From Pristiophorus japonicus (Eukaryota), in contig NC_091997.1 in NCBI RefSeq assembly GCF_044704955.1, positions 86,118,001-86,182,000 on the forward strand: a stretch of 64,000 bases of DNA, read 5' to 3'. The stretch's first letter is position 1. Each line of letters starts with the position of its first letter. A program made the translations under genes and the position numbers. The notes under the pieces are model-generated. The model saw only the letters and a program-made list of their open reading frames with translations, was not told the DNA's origin and made no database searches. This document shows, in pieces, positions 1 through 11,493 of this stretch.

Positions 1-198
1 ATCCAACCCGAGAGGGCAGACGAAACCTTGGTTTAACGTCTCATCCGAAAGACGGCACCTCTGACATTGCAGCGCTCCCTCAGCATTGCACTGGAGGGCC
101 ATTCGAGATTTGTGTGCTCAAGTCCCTGGAGTGGGACTTGAGCCCGCAACCTTCTGACTCAGAGACAAGTGTGCTGCCCACTGAGCCACAGCTGACAC
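1..198 (-). mobile_element. SacSINE1/DeuSINE-like tRNA-derived SINE, 5' part
   Basis: Reverse complement of the head and Deu-domain (cggatgagacgttaaaccgagg) seen in the full copy at 61900-62372. Confidence 0.8.
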
Positions 199-429
199 AG
201 GAAGATTTTATTTCAGGGCTCAGTACTCTCAGGTAGGTACTGCCCAGATTCTGACTGAAGTCCCCTCTATCCCCAACATTTGTCTTAACTCCAACTTCAG
301 AAGACTACCCCAGTGCAGTGTGAACAGTTGTACTGCTGCCTCCAGCTGATTCTTACCATCAAGGCTTACCACCATCAACACAGGTGAGTAATAGTCAGGT
401 TCCAGAGCGTGCTCAGTGCCCATGGACCT

Positions 430-949
430 ATGTAAACTTGAGGTCATCCAAAACCCAGCTGCCCGTGTCCTAACTCGCACCAAGTCCCGATCACCCATCA
501 CCCCTGTGCTCGCTGACCTACACTGGCTCCCGGTTATGCAACGCTGACAATTTTAAAATTCTCATCCTTGTTTACAAATCCCTCCATAGCCTCGCCCCTC
601 CCTGTCTCTGTAATCTCCTCCAGCCTCACAACCCCACCCTAGATATCTGCGTTCCTCAAATTCTGCCCTCTTGAGCATTCCTGATTATAATCGCTCCACT
701 CTTGGTGGCCGTGCCTTCAGCTGCCTGGGCCCTAAGCTCTGGAAATCCCTCCCTAAACCTCTCCACCTTTCTTTCCTGCTTTAAGACGCTCCTTAAAATC
801 TACCTCTTTGACCAAGCTTTTGGTCACCTGCGCTAATTTCTTCTTATGTGGCTTGGTGTTATTTGTTTTGTTTTATAACACTGCTGTGAAGCGCCATGGG
901 ACGTTTTACTACGTTAAAGGCGCTATATAAATAAACGTTGTTGTTGTTG
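430..949 (+). mobile_element. L2 LINE 3' fragment
   Basis: HITPVLADLHWLP-type C-terminus, ggcgctatataaat end and (GTT)n tail. Confidence 0.85.
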
Positions 950-1374
950 GGGTGGGAGAGGGGGAGAGGAGGCAGGAAACAGAGCAATTGGCCTCAAGGA
1001 TGGGCCTAATCCCAATCTCGGAGGAACACTCCTGTCTTTGCACCAGTGATTTCATAGAATGGTTACAGCACAGAAGGAGGCCATTCAGCCTGTCGTGATG
1101 CGCCAGCTTTCTCCCACTCCCCAACCGTCTCGGTCTCTCCCCACACCAAACATCCTCATACCACCTCAGAATGCCAAAGCTGTTAAATTAGCTAGGAGAA
1201 AGACAAAACTTCCAATCTCAGCAGTCTGAGCTGGGTTCAAACCCAGGTCCCCAAAAAGCGAACTCGGAATATTTTAATCTTTCGCAATGCCTTGTCCCTG
1301 AGACAGTGAAATACTCGATAGGAAACCATTGTGATTTTATGGTAAACTAATTTGATTATAAATATATACTTTAC

Positions 1375-1534
1375 CTGCTCCCAGCATGACGGATGGATTA
1401 CAATTATTCGTACAGCTTATTACAGCGGCAATGACGACAGAGCCATGGGCGAGCTTATAATCTTTTCCTTCAAACTCAATGGCAACCATCTCCTTCTGCT
1501 TTTTTGGGAGAATCTGAAACCCTTTAAAACCGAC
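1375..1534 (-). CDS. IREB2: IREB2 internal coding exon (160 bp; approx. human exon 12)
   Basis: Encodes VGFKGFQILPKKQKEMVAIEFEGKDYKLAHGSVVIAAVISCTNNCNPSVMLGAG. SCTNNCNPSVML is the IRP2-type motif (IRP1/ACO1 has SCTNTSNP). Acceptor tttttgtacag, donor GCAG|gtaaag. Confidence 0.96.
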
Positions 1535-1641
1535 CTGTACAAAAAGCAATTAGAATACAGTTAGGCATAACTTGAGACAAATGGCACAGAACTGTACACA
1601 TCAGTGCATGGGATATGGAAAAGGTATCTTATTTCAGCTTA

Positions 1642-3600
1642 GGGGAACGGTAGCCTAGTGGTTATGTTACTGGACTAATAATCCAGAGACGTGAGTTCAG
1701 ATCCCGCTACAGCAGCTGGGGAATTAAAATTCAGTTAATTAAATCGAGAATAAAAAGCTAGTATGGTGCTAGCATGAAAGTACCGGAATGTAGGAAAGGA
1801 AATCTGCTGTCCTTACCTGGTCTGGCCTATATGGTTGACTCTGTCCTCTGAAATGGCCGAGCAAGCCAACAAACTGCTACAAGAAACAAGAATAGAACCG
1901 GACAACCACCGGGCAGTGACCTTGGCACCGGCTTTGGACACGGCAAATGCACACCCAGTCCGGTCGACCCGGCAAAGTCTTCCTCACTAACATCTGGGGA
2001 ATTTGTGCCAAAATTTGGAGAGCTGTCCCACAGACTAGTCACGCAACAGCCTGACATAGTCATAGTCACCAATCTACCTGTCGCAGTTGCATCTATCCAT
2101 GACAGATACCACTGCTCAAGTCCTTGTGAAGACGAAGTCCCATCTTCATACTGAGGACACCCTCCATCGTGTTGTGTGACACTACTGCCGTGCTAAATGG
2201 GATAGAACTGGGCATCCATGAGGCAGTGTGGGCCATCAGTAGCAGCAGAATTGTATTCTATCACAATCTATAACTTTCTGACCTGACATATCCCTCACTC
2301 TACCATTAAAATTAAGCCAGGCAACCAACCCTGGTACAAGGAGTGTAGAAGAACATGCCAGGAGCAGCACCAGGCATAAGTAAAAATGAGATGCCCAACC
2401 TGGGGAAGCTGCAACAGCTGAATTCCAGAGGGGAGGTGAGAGTGACTGCCCTTGACAGCAAGGCAGCATTTGACCGAGTGTGGCATCAAGGAGCCCTAGT
2501 AAAACTGAAGTCAATGGGAATCAGGGGGAAAACTCTCCATTGGCTGGAGTCATACCTAGCACATAGGAAGATGATTGTGGTTGTTGGAGACCAATCATCT
2601 CAACCCCAGGACATCGCTGCGGGAGTTCCTCAGGGCAGTGTCCTAGGCCCAACCATCTTCAGCTGCTTAATCAATGACCTTCCCTCCATCATAAGGTCAG
2701 AAGTGGTGATGTTCGCTGATGATTGCACAGTGTTCAGTTCCATTTGCAACTCCTCAGATAATGGAGCAGTCCATGCCCACATGCAGCAAGACCTGGACGA
2801 TATTCAGGCTTGGTCTGATAAGTGGCAAGCAACATTCACGCCACATAAGTGCCAGGCAATGACCATCTCCAACAAGCGAGAGTCTAAACACCACCCTTTG
2901 ACATTCAACGACATTAGCATTGCCGAATTCCCCAGCATCGCCGAATCCCCCAGCATCAACATCCTGGGGCTCACCATTGACCAGAAACTTAACTGGAGTG
3001 GCCACATAAATACTGTGGCTACAAGAGCAGGTCAGAGGCTGGGTATTTTGCGGCGAGTGTCTCACCTCCTGACTCCCCAAAGACTTTCCACCATCTACAA
3101 AGCACAATTCAGGAGTGTGATAGAATATTCTCCACTTGCCTGGATGAGTGCAGCTCCAACAACACTCAAGAAGCTCGACACCATTCATCACAAAGCAGTC
3201 CGCTTTATTGGCACCCCATCCACCACCTAAACATTCACTCCCTCCACCACCGACGTACCATAGATGCAGTGTGCACCATCTACAAGAGGTACTGCAGCAA
3301 CTCGTCAAGGATTCTTCGACAGCACTGCCTAAAACCACAACCTCTACCACCTGGAAGGGCAGCAGGCACATGGGAACACCATCACCTTCAAGTTCCCCTC
3401 CAAGTTACACACCATCCTGACTTGGAAATATATCGCCGTTCATCATCGCTGGGTCAAACTCCCTCCCTAACAGCACTGTGGGAGCACCTTCACTGCACGG
3501 ACTGCAGCGATTCAAAGTGGCGGCTCAAGAACAATTAGGAGAAGGGAAATAAATGCTGGCCTTGCCTGTGACACCCACATCCCAGGGATCAATAATAAAA
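1642..3600 (+). mobile_element. CR1-group LINE, internally deleted, with tRNA-like 5' head
   Basis: RT ORF 2355-3230 ([15 protein letters not shown]); A box TAGCCTAGTGG (1651-1661) and B box GAGTTCAGATCC (1693-1704); A-rich 3' end near 3600. Confidence 0.85.
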
Positions 3601-4429
3601 GGTCTAATAGTGTGCAGCCAATTAAACTATAATTATATGAGATATTAGTTCTCCAGCCACTGTAGCTCCAATTATCCCGGAAGAAATTAACCCCCCCCCT
3701 TGGTGGGTGCTGTGCTATGACTTCTTCAGTGGCCCAACTGGGCATTAATATGTGTGGGCCTCAACACTAAATGCCAGCTATTCAACTAAAGGTGGGGGGG
3801 GGGGGGGGGGGGGAGAACGAATTCATGGCCCAGCCCAATGCTGTCCTCTCTTGATGTACCCACAGGATCACTAGATACGGCGCTTAACCAGAGATGCCGA
3901 GGTTCAGTTTAGTACTTCATTCGCCATCCTCATAGAGATCAGCGACCTCAGCACAGGCTGCGGATTGAAACTGAAGTCTTCCTGCTCTGAGAGACTCAGT
4001 TACTCATTGCTGAACAAATACTTCGGAGCTGTGGGAGAGCTCGGACTGCACACTTCAGTGGCAGGATGGATGGAAGGCACGGCCGTCTTGAGAGCAGAGG
4101 AGGCAATTTTTTGGAGAAAATGATTCGTGAAAAATGGTATCTAATCAGCAAATAGTTATTCGTTCGAAGAGCAGTTCAGTCACAGGGGCTTGGTGGCAGT
4201 TCGGTTAAGGTGTCATCCAAAGATCGATAATGAATTTCTGACTTGTAATTCACTGCAAGTCAGTTTTACAATGTACACATTCACTCAAGTTTTCAAACTA
4301 AAATTTGCCCAATTTATTTTTTCCAATAAATACATCCGGCATAAACACAATCTCCACCCTTTCATCTTCAGCTGAAATTCAATTTGCACTTTGTAATTTC
4401 CTTCATTCATTTCCTCTTTCACCACTTGT

Positions 4430-4830
4430 TAAAAAAAAACTCTCCACTGTTACATCTGTCCTCTGTTTCCTCCTCACTGGATCCTGCAAGGTCCTCTACG
4501 CTGTCTTGGTGGGGCGGTAGTGTAGAGGGACTGATCGCTTGAATTTTAATTCTCCATCCCATTCTGACCTCTGTCTCCTACACTGTTTCAACGATGTGCA
4601 ATGCAAGCTTCAATCAGGCACATTACAGCCTTCCGGACTCAACATCAAATTCAACAATTTCAGATCATAACCTCTGCCCTCATTTTCGCAGACAGCGGGT
4701 GCTGGTTCTGACGAAAGATCATCGACCCGAAACGTTAACTCTGTCGCGCTCTCTCCACAGATGCTGCCTGACCTGCTGAGCGTTTCCAGCATTTTCTGTT
4801 ATTATTTCAGATTTCCAGTATTTTGCATTT
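4430..4830 (+). mobile_element. Penelope-like element 3' remnant
   Basis: Degenerate GIY-YIG C-terminus and terminal repeat (cacagatgctgcctgacctgctgag) shared with the copy at 5860-6675. Confidence 0.7.
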
Positions 4831-5790
4831 GATGAAGTAGTAGTTCAGGTTTGAGCCAGAATTTACTAGCACTGACAACACCTGACAGAGCGACTGCTCC
4901 CCAAGGTCCTAGTGCCCTCAAGGTTCAGAAAAACTATGTAATATTAACATGCAATGTTTAATATGTTGCACATAATCCCTTGCTTTTTGTTTTAATGGAA
5001 CTGTGAACTTGCTTAAGCAGGTGAATACTTCTGAAAACAGCAGGTCAATACTTCTGAAAACAGCAGGCTAGAGGAATTTCACAAACAGTTATCACATTGT
5101 GCTGCTTCACTCCGGAAAAAAATCTTCTACTAACCACCGGGCTTGAAACACTTTCAATTTGCTTGTTAAATTAGCAGTTTACTTTGGCAAGCCCCATGGC
5201 CGGAACATTGCTCATCCCAGAAGCTGCAAATAATACTCGGCGCTGATGGGGTGAAACGATCTTCAAACAAACCAGTTGTATTTTGGGTCCTTGATCTAGC
5301 ATCTCAATGAATAACCAGTCACGTGGTCTGGATTCTGTAGTGATTCGGCCAGATTTTGTGATTATAATTTATAATATACAGCTTCACACTAATGTGTGAA
5401 CAAATTTCTCTCTTTGATACGAATTTTGTATTGGTTCTGTGAAGCTATCCTGTGCTTATTTCTGCCAATTCTGCACCGAATGTGCCAAACATTAAGTACT
5501 GTGGATCAGATTGGATTGATCACAGAACACCATTACAAATAAAGTACAAAAAGCGATTTACTTTTTTTATAGTTAGTATCAGAGAGCACAGGAGGCGGCT
5601 AATCAGCCCATTGTACCTATGCCGGCTCTTTATAACAGCAATCCAATTAGTCTCAATATCCTGCTCCTTGCTCACAGCCCTGAAATCGTTTCCTTCTGTA
5701 AGTTACAATTGAATCAGATTCCGCCACCCTTTCAGACACTGAATTCCAGATAATAACTTGCTGAGTAAAAAAATCTCATCTTCCCCCATC

Positions 5791-6841
5791 TGTAATGTAT
5801 TTGCTTCATGGGTTCTCTGCTTAAGAATTCAGAGAAACACATTGCTATTAAGAACTAATACACCAGCAAAATACTGCCGATGCTGGAATCGGAAAAAAAA
5901 AACAGAGAATGCTGGAAATCTCAGCGGGTCAGGCAGCATCTGTGGAGAGAAACAGAGTTAATGTTTCAGGTCGATGACCCTTCGGCAGAACTGGCGATTG
6001 GTCGAAAGTACAGATCTTTAAGGAGCACAGAAAGGGGAAGGGGAGAAAAGAACAAAACGGAAGGTCGGTGATAGGGTGGAAGACAGGAGAGATTAGAGAC
6101 ACAAAAGGGATGATGGGCCGACTTGAGATGGTAATGGCAGAAGTTAGATAAATTAATATTTTGATAGGGAGTGAGTGGCGGGATAATTACCAGCTGCCAA
6201 GGGAAACACAGAGAAAAAATACATAAGAGCAAAATATGGGCAGAGAAATTGTTGAACTCGTTGAGTCCAGAAGGCTGAAAAGTGCCTAAACTAAATATGA
6301 GGTGCTGTTCCTCGAGCTTGCGTTGAGCTTCATTGTAACAATGCAGGAGTCTGAGGACGGAGAGGTCAGAGTGGGAGTGGAGCGGGGAATTAAAGTGACA
6401 GGCGACCGGAAGCTCGGGGTCACGCTTACGGACTGAACAAAGGTGCTCCGCAAAGCGGTCACCCAATCTGCCTTTGGTCTTCCCAATGTAGAGGAGACCA
6501 CAGTGTGAGCAGTGAATACAGTATACTGAATTGATAGTCCAAGTAAATCGCTGTTTCACCTGGAAGGAGTATTTGGAGCCCTGGAAAGTGGGAAGGGAGG
6601 AGGTAAAAGGGCAGGTGTTGCATCTCCTGCGCTTGCATGGGAAGAAGCCATGGGAAGGGGAGGGGCTGTGGGGAGTTTATTAACAATCAAACTACACCAT
6701 TACCAGTTCATCCACTAGGCTCACAACCACATGTCTCATCGTGGATGACCTAGACCCAAATGACTGGGATTTTATTGAGCCCTGTGAACATCACGTGACT
6801 GGCTAAGCCATTCACATTGCAACATCTCTACTGTGCATACA
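5791..6841. mobile_element. Solo LTR-like repeat interrupted by a Penelope element
   Basis: Starts TGTAATG; segments 5791-5857 and approx. 6677-6841 are collinear with the copy at 56800-58090. TSD unclear. Confidence 0.6.
5860..6675 (-). mobile_element. Penelope-like element (GIY-YIG endonuclease part)
   Basis: ORF 5966-6559: VYCIHCSHCGLLYIGKTKGRLGDRFAEHL...QPSGLN, plus terminal repeat. Confidence 0.9.
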
Positions 6842-6935
6842 TCCTTTATGAAGAAATTAAATCAATTATTTTCCGTGACCATTCAGAATTGCACAATGCA
6901 GTTTGCAGAGCTTCAATAATTCAAGCCACACTCAC

Positions 6936-7052
6936 CTTTTCATTCAGGCTGCTCTGGAAATCTTTCTTCATGTCGGTTACCACTACTCTGTCTTGTGGCC
7001 GTTTTGGTCCACTCACGTATGGCACAATAGCGGACAAATTTAGTTCTATAAC
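6936..7052 (-). CDS. IREB2: IREB2 internal coding exon (117 bp)
   Basis: Encodes [39 protein letters not shown] with the aconitase-family [10 protein letters not shown] motif. Acceptor ctgtccctcag, donor AAG|gtgagt; phase 0/0 fits both neighbours. Confidence 0.96.
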
Positions 7053-7611
7053 CTGAGGGACAGAAACAGAAGATGTCAGTATACACTGCTCACAGCCTTG
7101 AAATAAACTGTCAATTGAGAAAGAATAAGACGCAAGTTTTTATTTTGCTAAATTGCTTCGTACTGTCAACTGAAGAGGCCCTGTTCTTTATCAGTTGCCT
7201 CTTGCTAAGTGGTTTATGCTTTATTTTTCGAGTGGAAGCAAGTCTTCCTCGATTTCGAAGGACTGCCTATGATGATGATGCTTTAGAAGTCTGGTTAAAG
7301 TTGGGAGATATATCTTTTGCGTAAAAGACTTGTTTCTGCACTATCACAATGCACAACGGCAATGATGTAAGGAGTGGACAGCTCACAATCTCCATTATAA
7401 TCAGAGGAAGCTGCTACACAAAACATATGGTCCCCAGCTGTCTCGAACCAGCACCATAAAAACACAAATTGTAAACAGAGGCTTGGTAGATTACAAGAAA
7501 CCCACAAAAAAACCTGAAAAAATCTTCGTGCTCCCTCAGTATTGCAATGGAGTGTCAGCTAGACTTTTGTGCTCAAGTCTCTGTACACTATCTAACTTAC
7601 TGTTACTACGT

Positions 7612-9666
7612 AGAATCATAGAACGTTACAGTACAGAGCGAGGCCATTCGGCCCTTCTTGCCTGTGCCGGCTCCTGGAGCTATCTATCTAGTCCCACTGC
7701 CCTGCTCTTTCCCCATATCCTTGCAAATTTTTCCCCTTCCACTATTTATCCAATTCCCTTTTGAAAATTACGATTGAATTTGCTTCTACCACCCTTTCAG
7801 GCAGCGCATTCCAGATCACAACAACTGGATGAGAGAGATTTCTTTTTCTCATGTCGCTCTGGTTCTTTTGCAAATTACTTTGAACCTGGTTACCAGCCCT
7901 TCTGCCAGTGGAAGTTTCTCCTTATATACTCGTCATGATTTTTGAACACCTCAATCAAATCTACCCTTAGCCTTCTGTGCTCCAACAACAACTCGCATTT
8001 ATATAGTACCTTTAGTGTAGTAAAACTTCCCATGGTGCTTCACAGGAGTGTTACCAAACAAAATTTAACATTGAGCCATAAGAGGAGATATTAGGACAGG
8101 CTTGGTCAGAGGTAGGTTTTAAAGAACATTTTAAACAAGGAGGTTTAGTGAGGGAATTCCAGAGCTTAGGGCTTAAGACAGCTGAAAGTACAGCCGCCTA
8201 TGGTGGAGCGATTAAAAACGGGATGCGCAAGCGGTAGGAATTGGAAGAGTGCAGAGATCATGGAGGGCTATATGGCTGGAAAGGTTACAAAGATAAGGAG
8301 GGGAGAGGCCACGGAGGGATATGAAAAGGATGAGAATTTTAAAATCGAGGCGTGGCCGGACTGGGAGCCAATGTAGGTCAGCGAGTACAGGGGTGATGAG
8401 TGAACTGGACTTGGAGTGAGTTAGGATACAGGCGGCAGAGTTTTGGATGAGTTCAAGTTTACTCATGGGCGAAGATGGGCAATGGAAGAGGTCGGTGTCG
8501 GTGATGGAGCGGACAGGCGGTCGGCAGCTCGTCTGAGGGTCAAATATGACACTAAGGTTGCGAACGGTCTGGGTGACAGTGACCAGGGAGTGGGATGAAG
8601 TCGTTAATGAGGGAACGGAGTTTGTGGCGGGGTCCGAAGACAATGGCTTCCCAACATGTAGTTGAAGGAATTTCTGCTTATCCAGGACTGGATGCAAGAT
8701 AAGCAGTGTGACAAATCAGAGACAGTGGTGGAGAAGTAGAGCTGGGTCTCGTCAGTGTACATGTGGAACGTGACGCTGTTTTTGGATGATGTCGCCGAGG
8801 GGCAGCGTGTAGATGAGAAATAAGAGGGGGGGGGCCAAGGATAGATCCTTGGGGAACCCCAGAGGTAACAATGCGGGAAGAGGTGCCATTACAGGTGATT
8901 CTCTGGCTACAATTGGATAGATAAGAATGGAACCAGGCGAAGGCAGCCCCACCTAGTTGGATGACAGAGGAGAGATGTTTGAGGAAGATGGTGTGGTCAA
9001 CCATGTCAAAGGATGCAGAGGTCAGGAAGGATGAGGAGGGATATTTTACCACGGCTAGTCACACAAGATGTCATTTGTGACTTTGATAAGGGCCGTTTCA
9101 GCGCTGTGGTGGAACCGACACCTGATTGGAGGGGTTCAAACATGGAGTTGCAGGAAAGGTAGGCATGGATTTGGGAGGCGACAACACGTTCAAGGAATTT
9201 GGAAAGGAAAGGGAGGTTGGACGTGAGATAGTAGTTTGCAAAGACAGAAGGGTCAAGGGTGTTTTGTTTTTGAAAACAAGAGAACAATTCCAGCTTCTCC
9301 AGTCTCTCCACACAACCGAAATCCCTCATCTCGGGTACCATTCTAGTAAATCTTCTCTGCACCCTACACATGGCCTTGACATCCTTTCTAAAGTGTGTTG
9401 CCCAGAATTGGACACAATACTTCATCTGGGGCCTAACCAGTGATTAATAAAAGTTTAGCATAACTACCTTGCTTTTGTGCTCTAAGCCCTCTATTAATAA
9501 AGCCAAGGATCCTGTATACCTTTCCAACAGCCTTTTCAACTTGTCCCGCCACGATCAAAGATTGGTGTATGTGAACCCCCAGGTGTCCCTGTTCCTGCAC
9601 CCTCTTTAAAAGTGCACCATATAGATTATATTGCCTCGCCTCAATCTTCCTATCAAAATGAATCAC
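7612..9666 (-). mobile_element. 5'-truncated CR1 LINE starting at IREB2 intron base +1, split by an L2
   Basis: Begins VIHFDRK (CR1 CEVIHFGRKN); the two halves join as tgctccaa/gagaacaattccagc across the L2; TATGATTC-type tail near 7612. Confidence 0.85.
7986..9277 (-). mobile_element. L2 LINE fragment nested in CR1
   Basis: RT pieces SNLPFLSKFLE, SFDMVDH, GVPQGSILGP, PVLADLHWLP; (CAA)n tail at the left end. Confidence 0.88.
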
Positions 9667-9767
9667 CTGCGAATACTCCGGATCGTCTGATGGATTCTGA
9701 TAGTTTCTGAACAGTTTCACAGCTTTGAGATAGGTTTCCACAGCTTCAAGTTTCGCTTCACCATAAC
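9667..9767 (-). CDS. IREB2: IREB2 internal coding exon (101 bp)
   Basis: Encodes (G)YGEAKLEAVETYLKAVKLFRNYQNPSDDPEYSQ. Acceptor tttttaataacag, donor CAG|gtgatt; phase 1/0. Confidence 0.95.
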
Positions 9768-9863
9768 CTGTTATTAAAAAATAAAGTTTCAAAAAGTTGA
9801 AGGGGAGAAAAAAAAAATGCATGAAATTTGAGAAATTCTACATAGTCTCCAGTTCCCCCTCAC

Positions 9864-10035
9864 CTGTCTGTTTTAAATGCCTTAAAGTAACATCATCGAC
9901 TGGGAAAAAGCTCACGGTAGCACCATATTCAGGACACATGTTTGCGATTGTTGTTCTGTCCGCCACAGACAGTTGGGACACGCCTGGGCCAAAGAATTCA
10001 ACAAATTTTCCAGAGACGCCTACTTGTCGAAGATG
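9864..10035 (-). CDS. IREB2: IREB2 internal coding exon (172 bp)
   Basis: Encodes [57 protein letters not shown]. Acceptor poly-C+ag, donor CAG|gtgagg; phase 0/1. Confidence 0.96.
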
Positions 10036-10171
10036 CTGGGGGGGGGGGGGGGGGGGGGGGGAAAGGAGAGGTTAAAAGGGGGGGGGGGAATTAATTCACT
10101 TCTGTCTTTGCTTGAAATTTGATAAATGTTAGCTTGAAGCGCAAACGTGATTTTCCAAAACCTTCCCCTAC

Positions 10172-10311
10172 CTTTGTAACACTTAAAACAACATCGATCG
10201 AAGTGGCCAGATTGTTGGTGGTCCCCACCAGTTTACAGCCGACTACCTTGGGTAAAGTCAGTGTGACCGGCTGGCCCAGCATAACAGCTTCACTTTCTAT
10301 CCCGCCAACCC
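10172..10311 (-). CDS. IREB2: IREB2 internal coding exon (140 bp; approx. human exon 8), the most 5' IREB2 exon found
   Basis: Encodes (G)[46 protein letters not shown]. Acceptor tctgcttttcag, donor AAG|gtaggg; phase 1/0. Confidence 0.96.
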
Positions 10312-10839
10312 CTGAAAAGCAGACAAACACTCACTTTATTCATGCACGTGGGATAAAGACAAGGAGATCATTTACGGCAACGCGAGCAAGCGGTTTGCAA
10401 ATTTTTTTTGGAAATAACTGCCCGGTGTTCGTGCAACTTCAGCAGAATTCAGTCTATATTAACTGTTTAGCCAGGATCTAATAAACATTCCACATAATGG
10501 ACCCAAGTTTCCACACGCGCCTAGAACGGCGCAGTCCCGACCTGGACACCTGTTTTTCGCGCCACAAAGTGCGCCTAAAAAAATGTTCCGTATTCTCCAC
10601 CTACCTGCAGGTCCTCTGGCCCTCGGCGCAGCCAGTACGAGCTGTGGGGGGGCGGAGCCAGGTCCCTGCGCTGAAAACAGTGCCGGGACCTCTGCACATG
10701 CACGCTACAGTGGGCACGCAAGTGCAGTAGCTCCAGGCGCCCGAAGCACGCAGCCCCTAGCCCAGGCCGAATGGCCTCACTGGGGCTGCGTGAATAAGGC
10801 TCCTCCCACGGCCAGCTCCTGCATCCCCCCCCCCCCTGA

Positions 10840-11330
10840 CCAGACCCGACACCCGCTCCCCCCCCCCCCCGCCCCTGCCTCCGGACCCGACCCGACCCCC
10901 CCCGCCTGGACGCGACCCGCGCTCCTGCTCCCACTCCCCCGTCCCCCCGACTGGACCCGACCCGCGCTCCTGCTCCCCCGCCCCCCCCCCCCAACTGGAC
11001 CCGACCCGCGCTCCTGCTCCGCCCCCCCGACTGGACCCGACCCGAGCTCCTGCTCCGCCCCCCCCCCCCGACTGGACCCGAACCACGCTCCTGCTCCCGC
11101 TCCCCCGACTGGACCCGACCCGACCCGCGCTCCTGCTCTGCCCCCCCCCCTCCCCCCCCGACTGGACCCGACCCGCGCTCCTGCTCCCGCTCCCCCGACT
11201 GGACCCGACCCGACCTCCTGCTCCGCCCCCCCTGACTGGACCCAACCCGCGCTCCGGCTCCCGCTCCCACCCCCGACTGGACCCGAACCGCGCTCCTGCT
11301 CCCGCCCCCCCCGGATTGGATCCGACCTGA
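10840..11330. repeat. GC-rich degenerate tandem repeat
   Basis: Repeated ggacccgacccgcgctcctgctccc units separated by C runs; source of spurious long ORFs. Confidence 0.85.
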
Positions 11331-11493
11331 NNNNNNNNNNNNNNNNNNNNNNNNNNNNNNNNNNNNNNNNNNNNNNNNNNNNNNNNNNNNNNNNNNNNNN
11401 NNNNNNNNNNNNNNNNNNNNNNNNNNNNNNNNNNNNNNNNNNNNNNNNNNNNNNNNNNNNNNNNNNNNNNNNNNNNNNNNNNNNNNNNNNNNN
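11331..11493. other. Assembly gap (163 N)
   Basis: N run. Confidence 0.99.
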
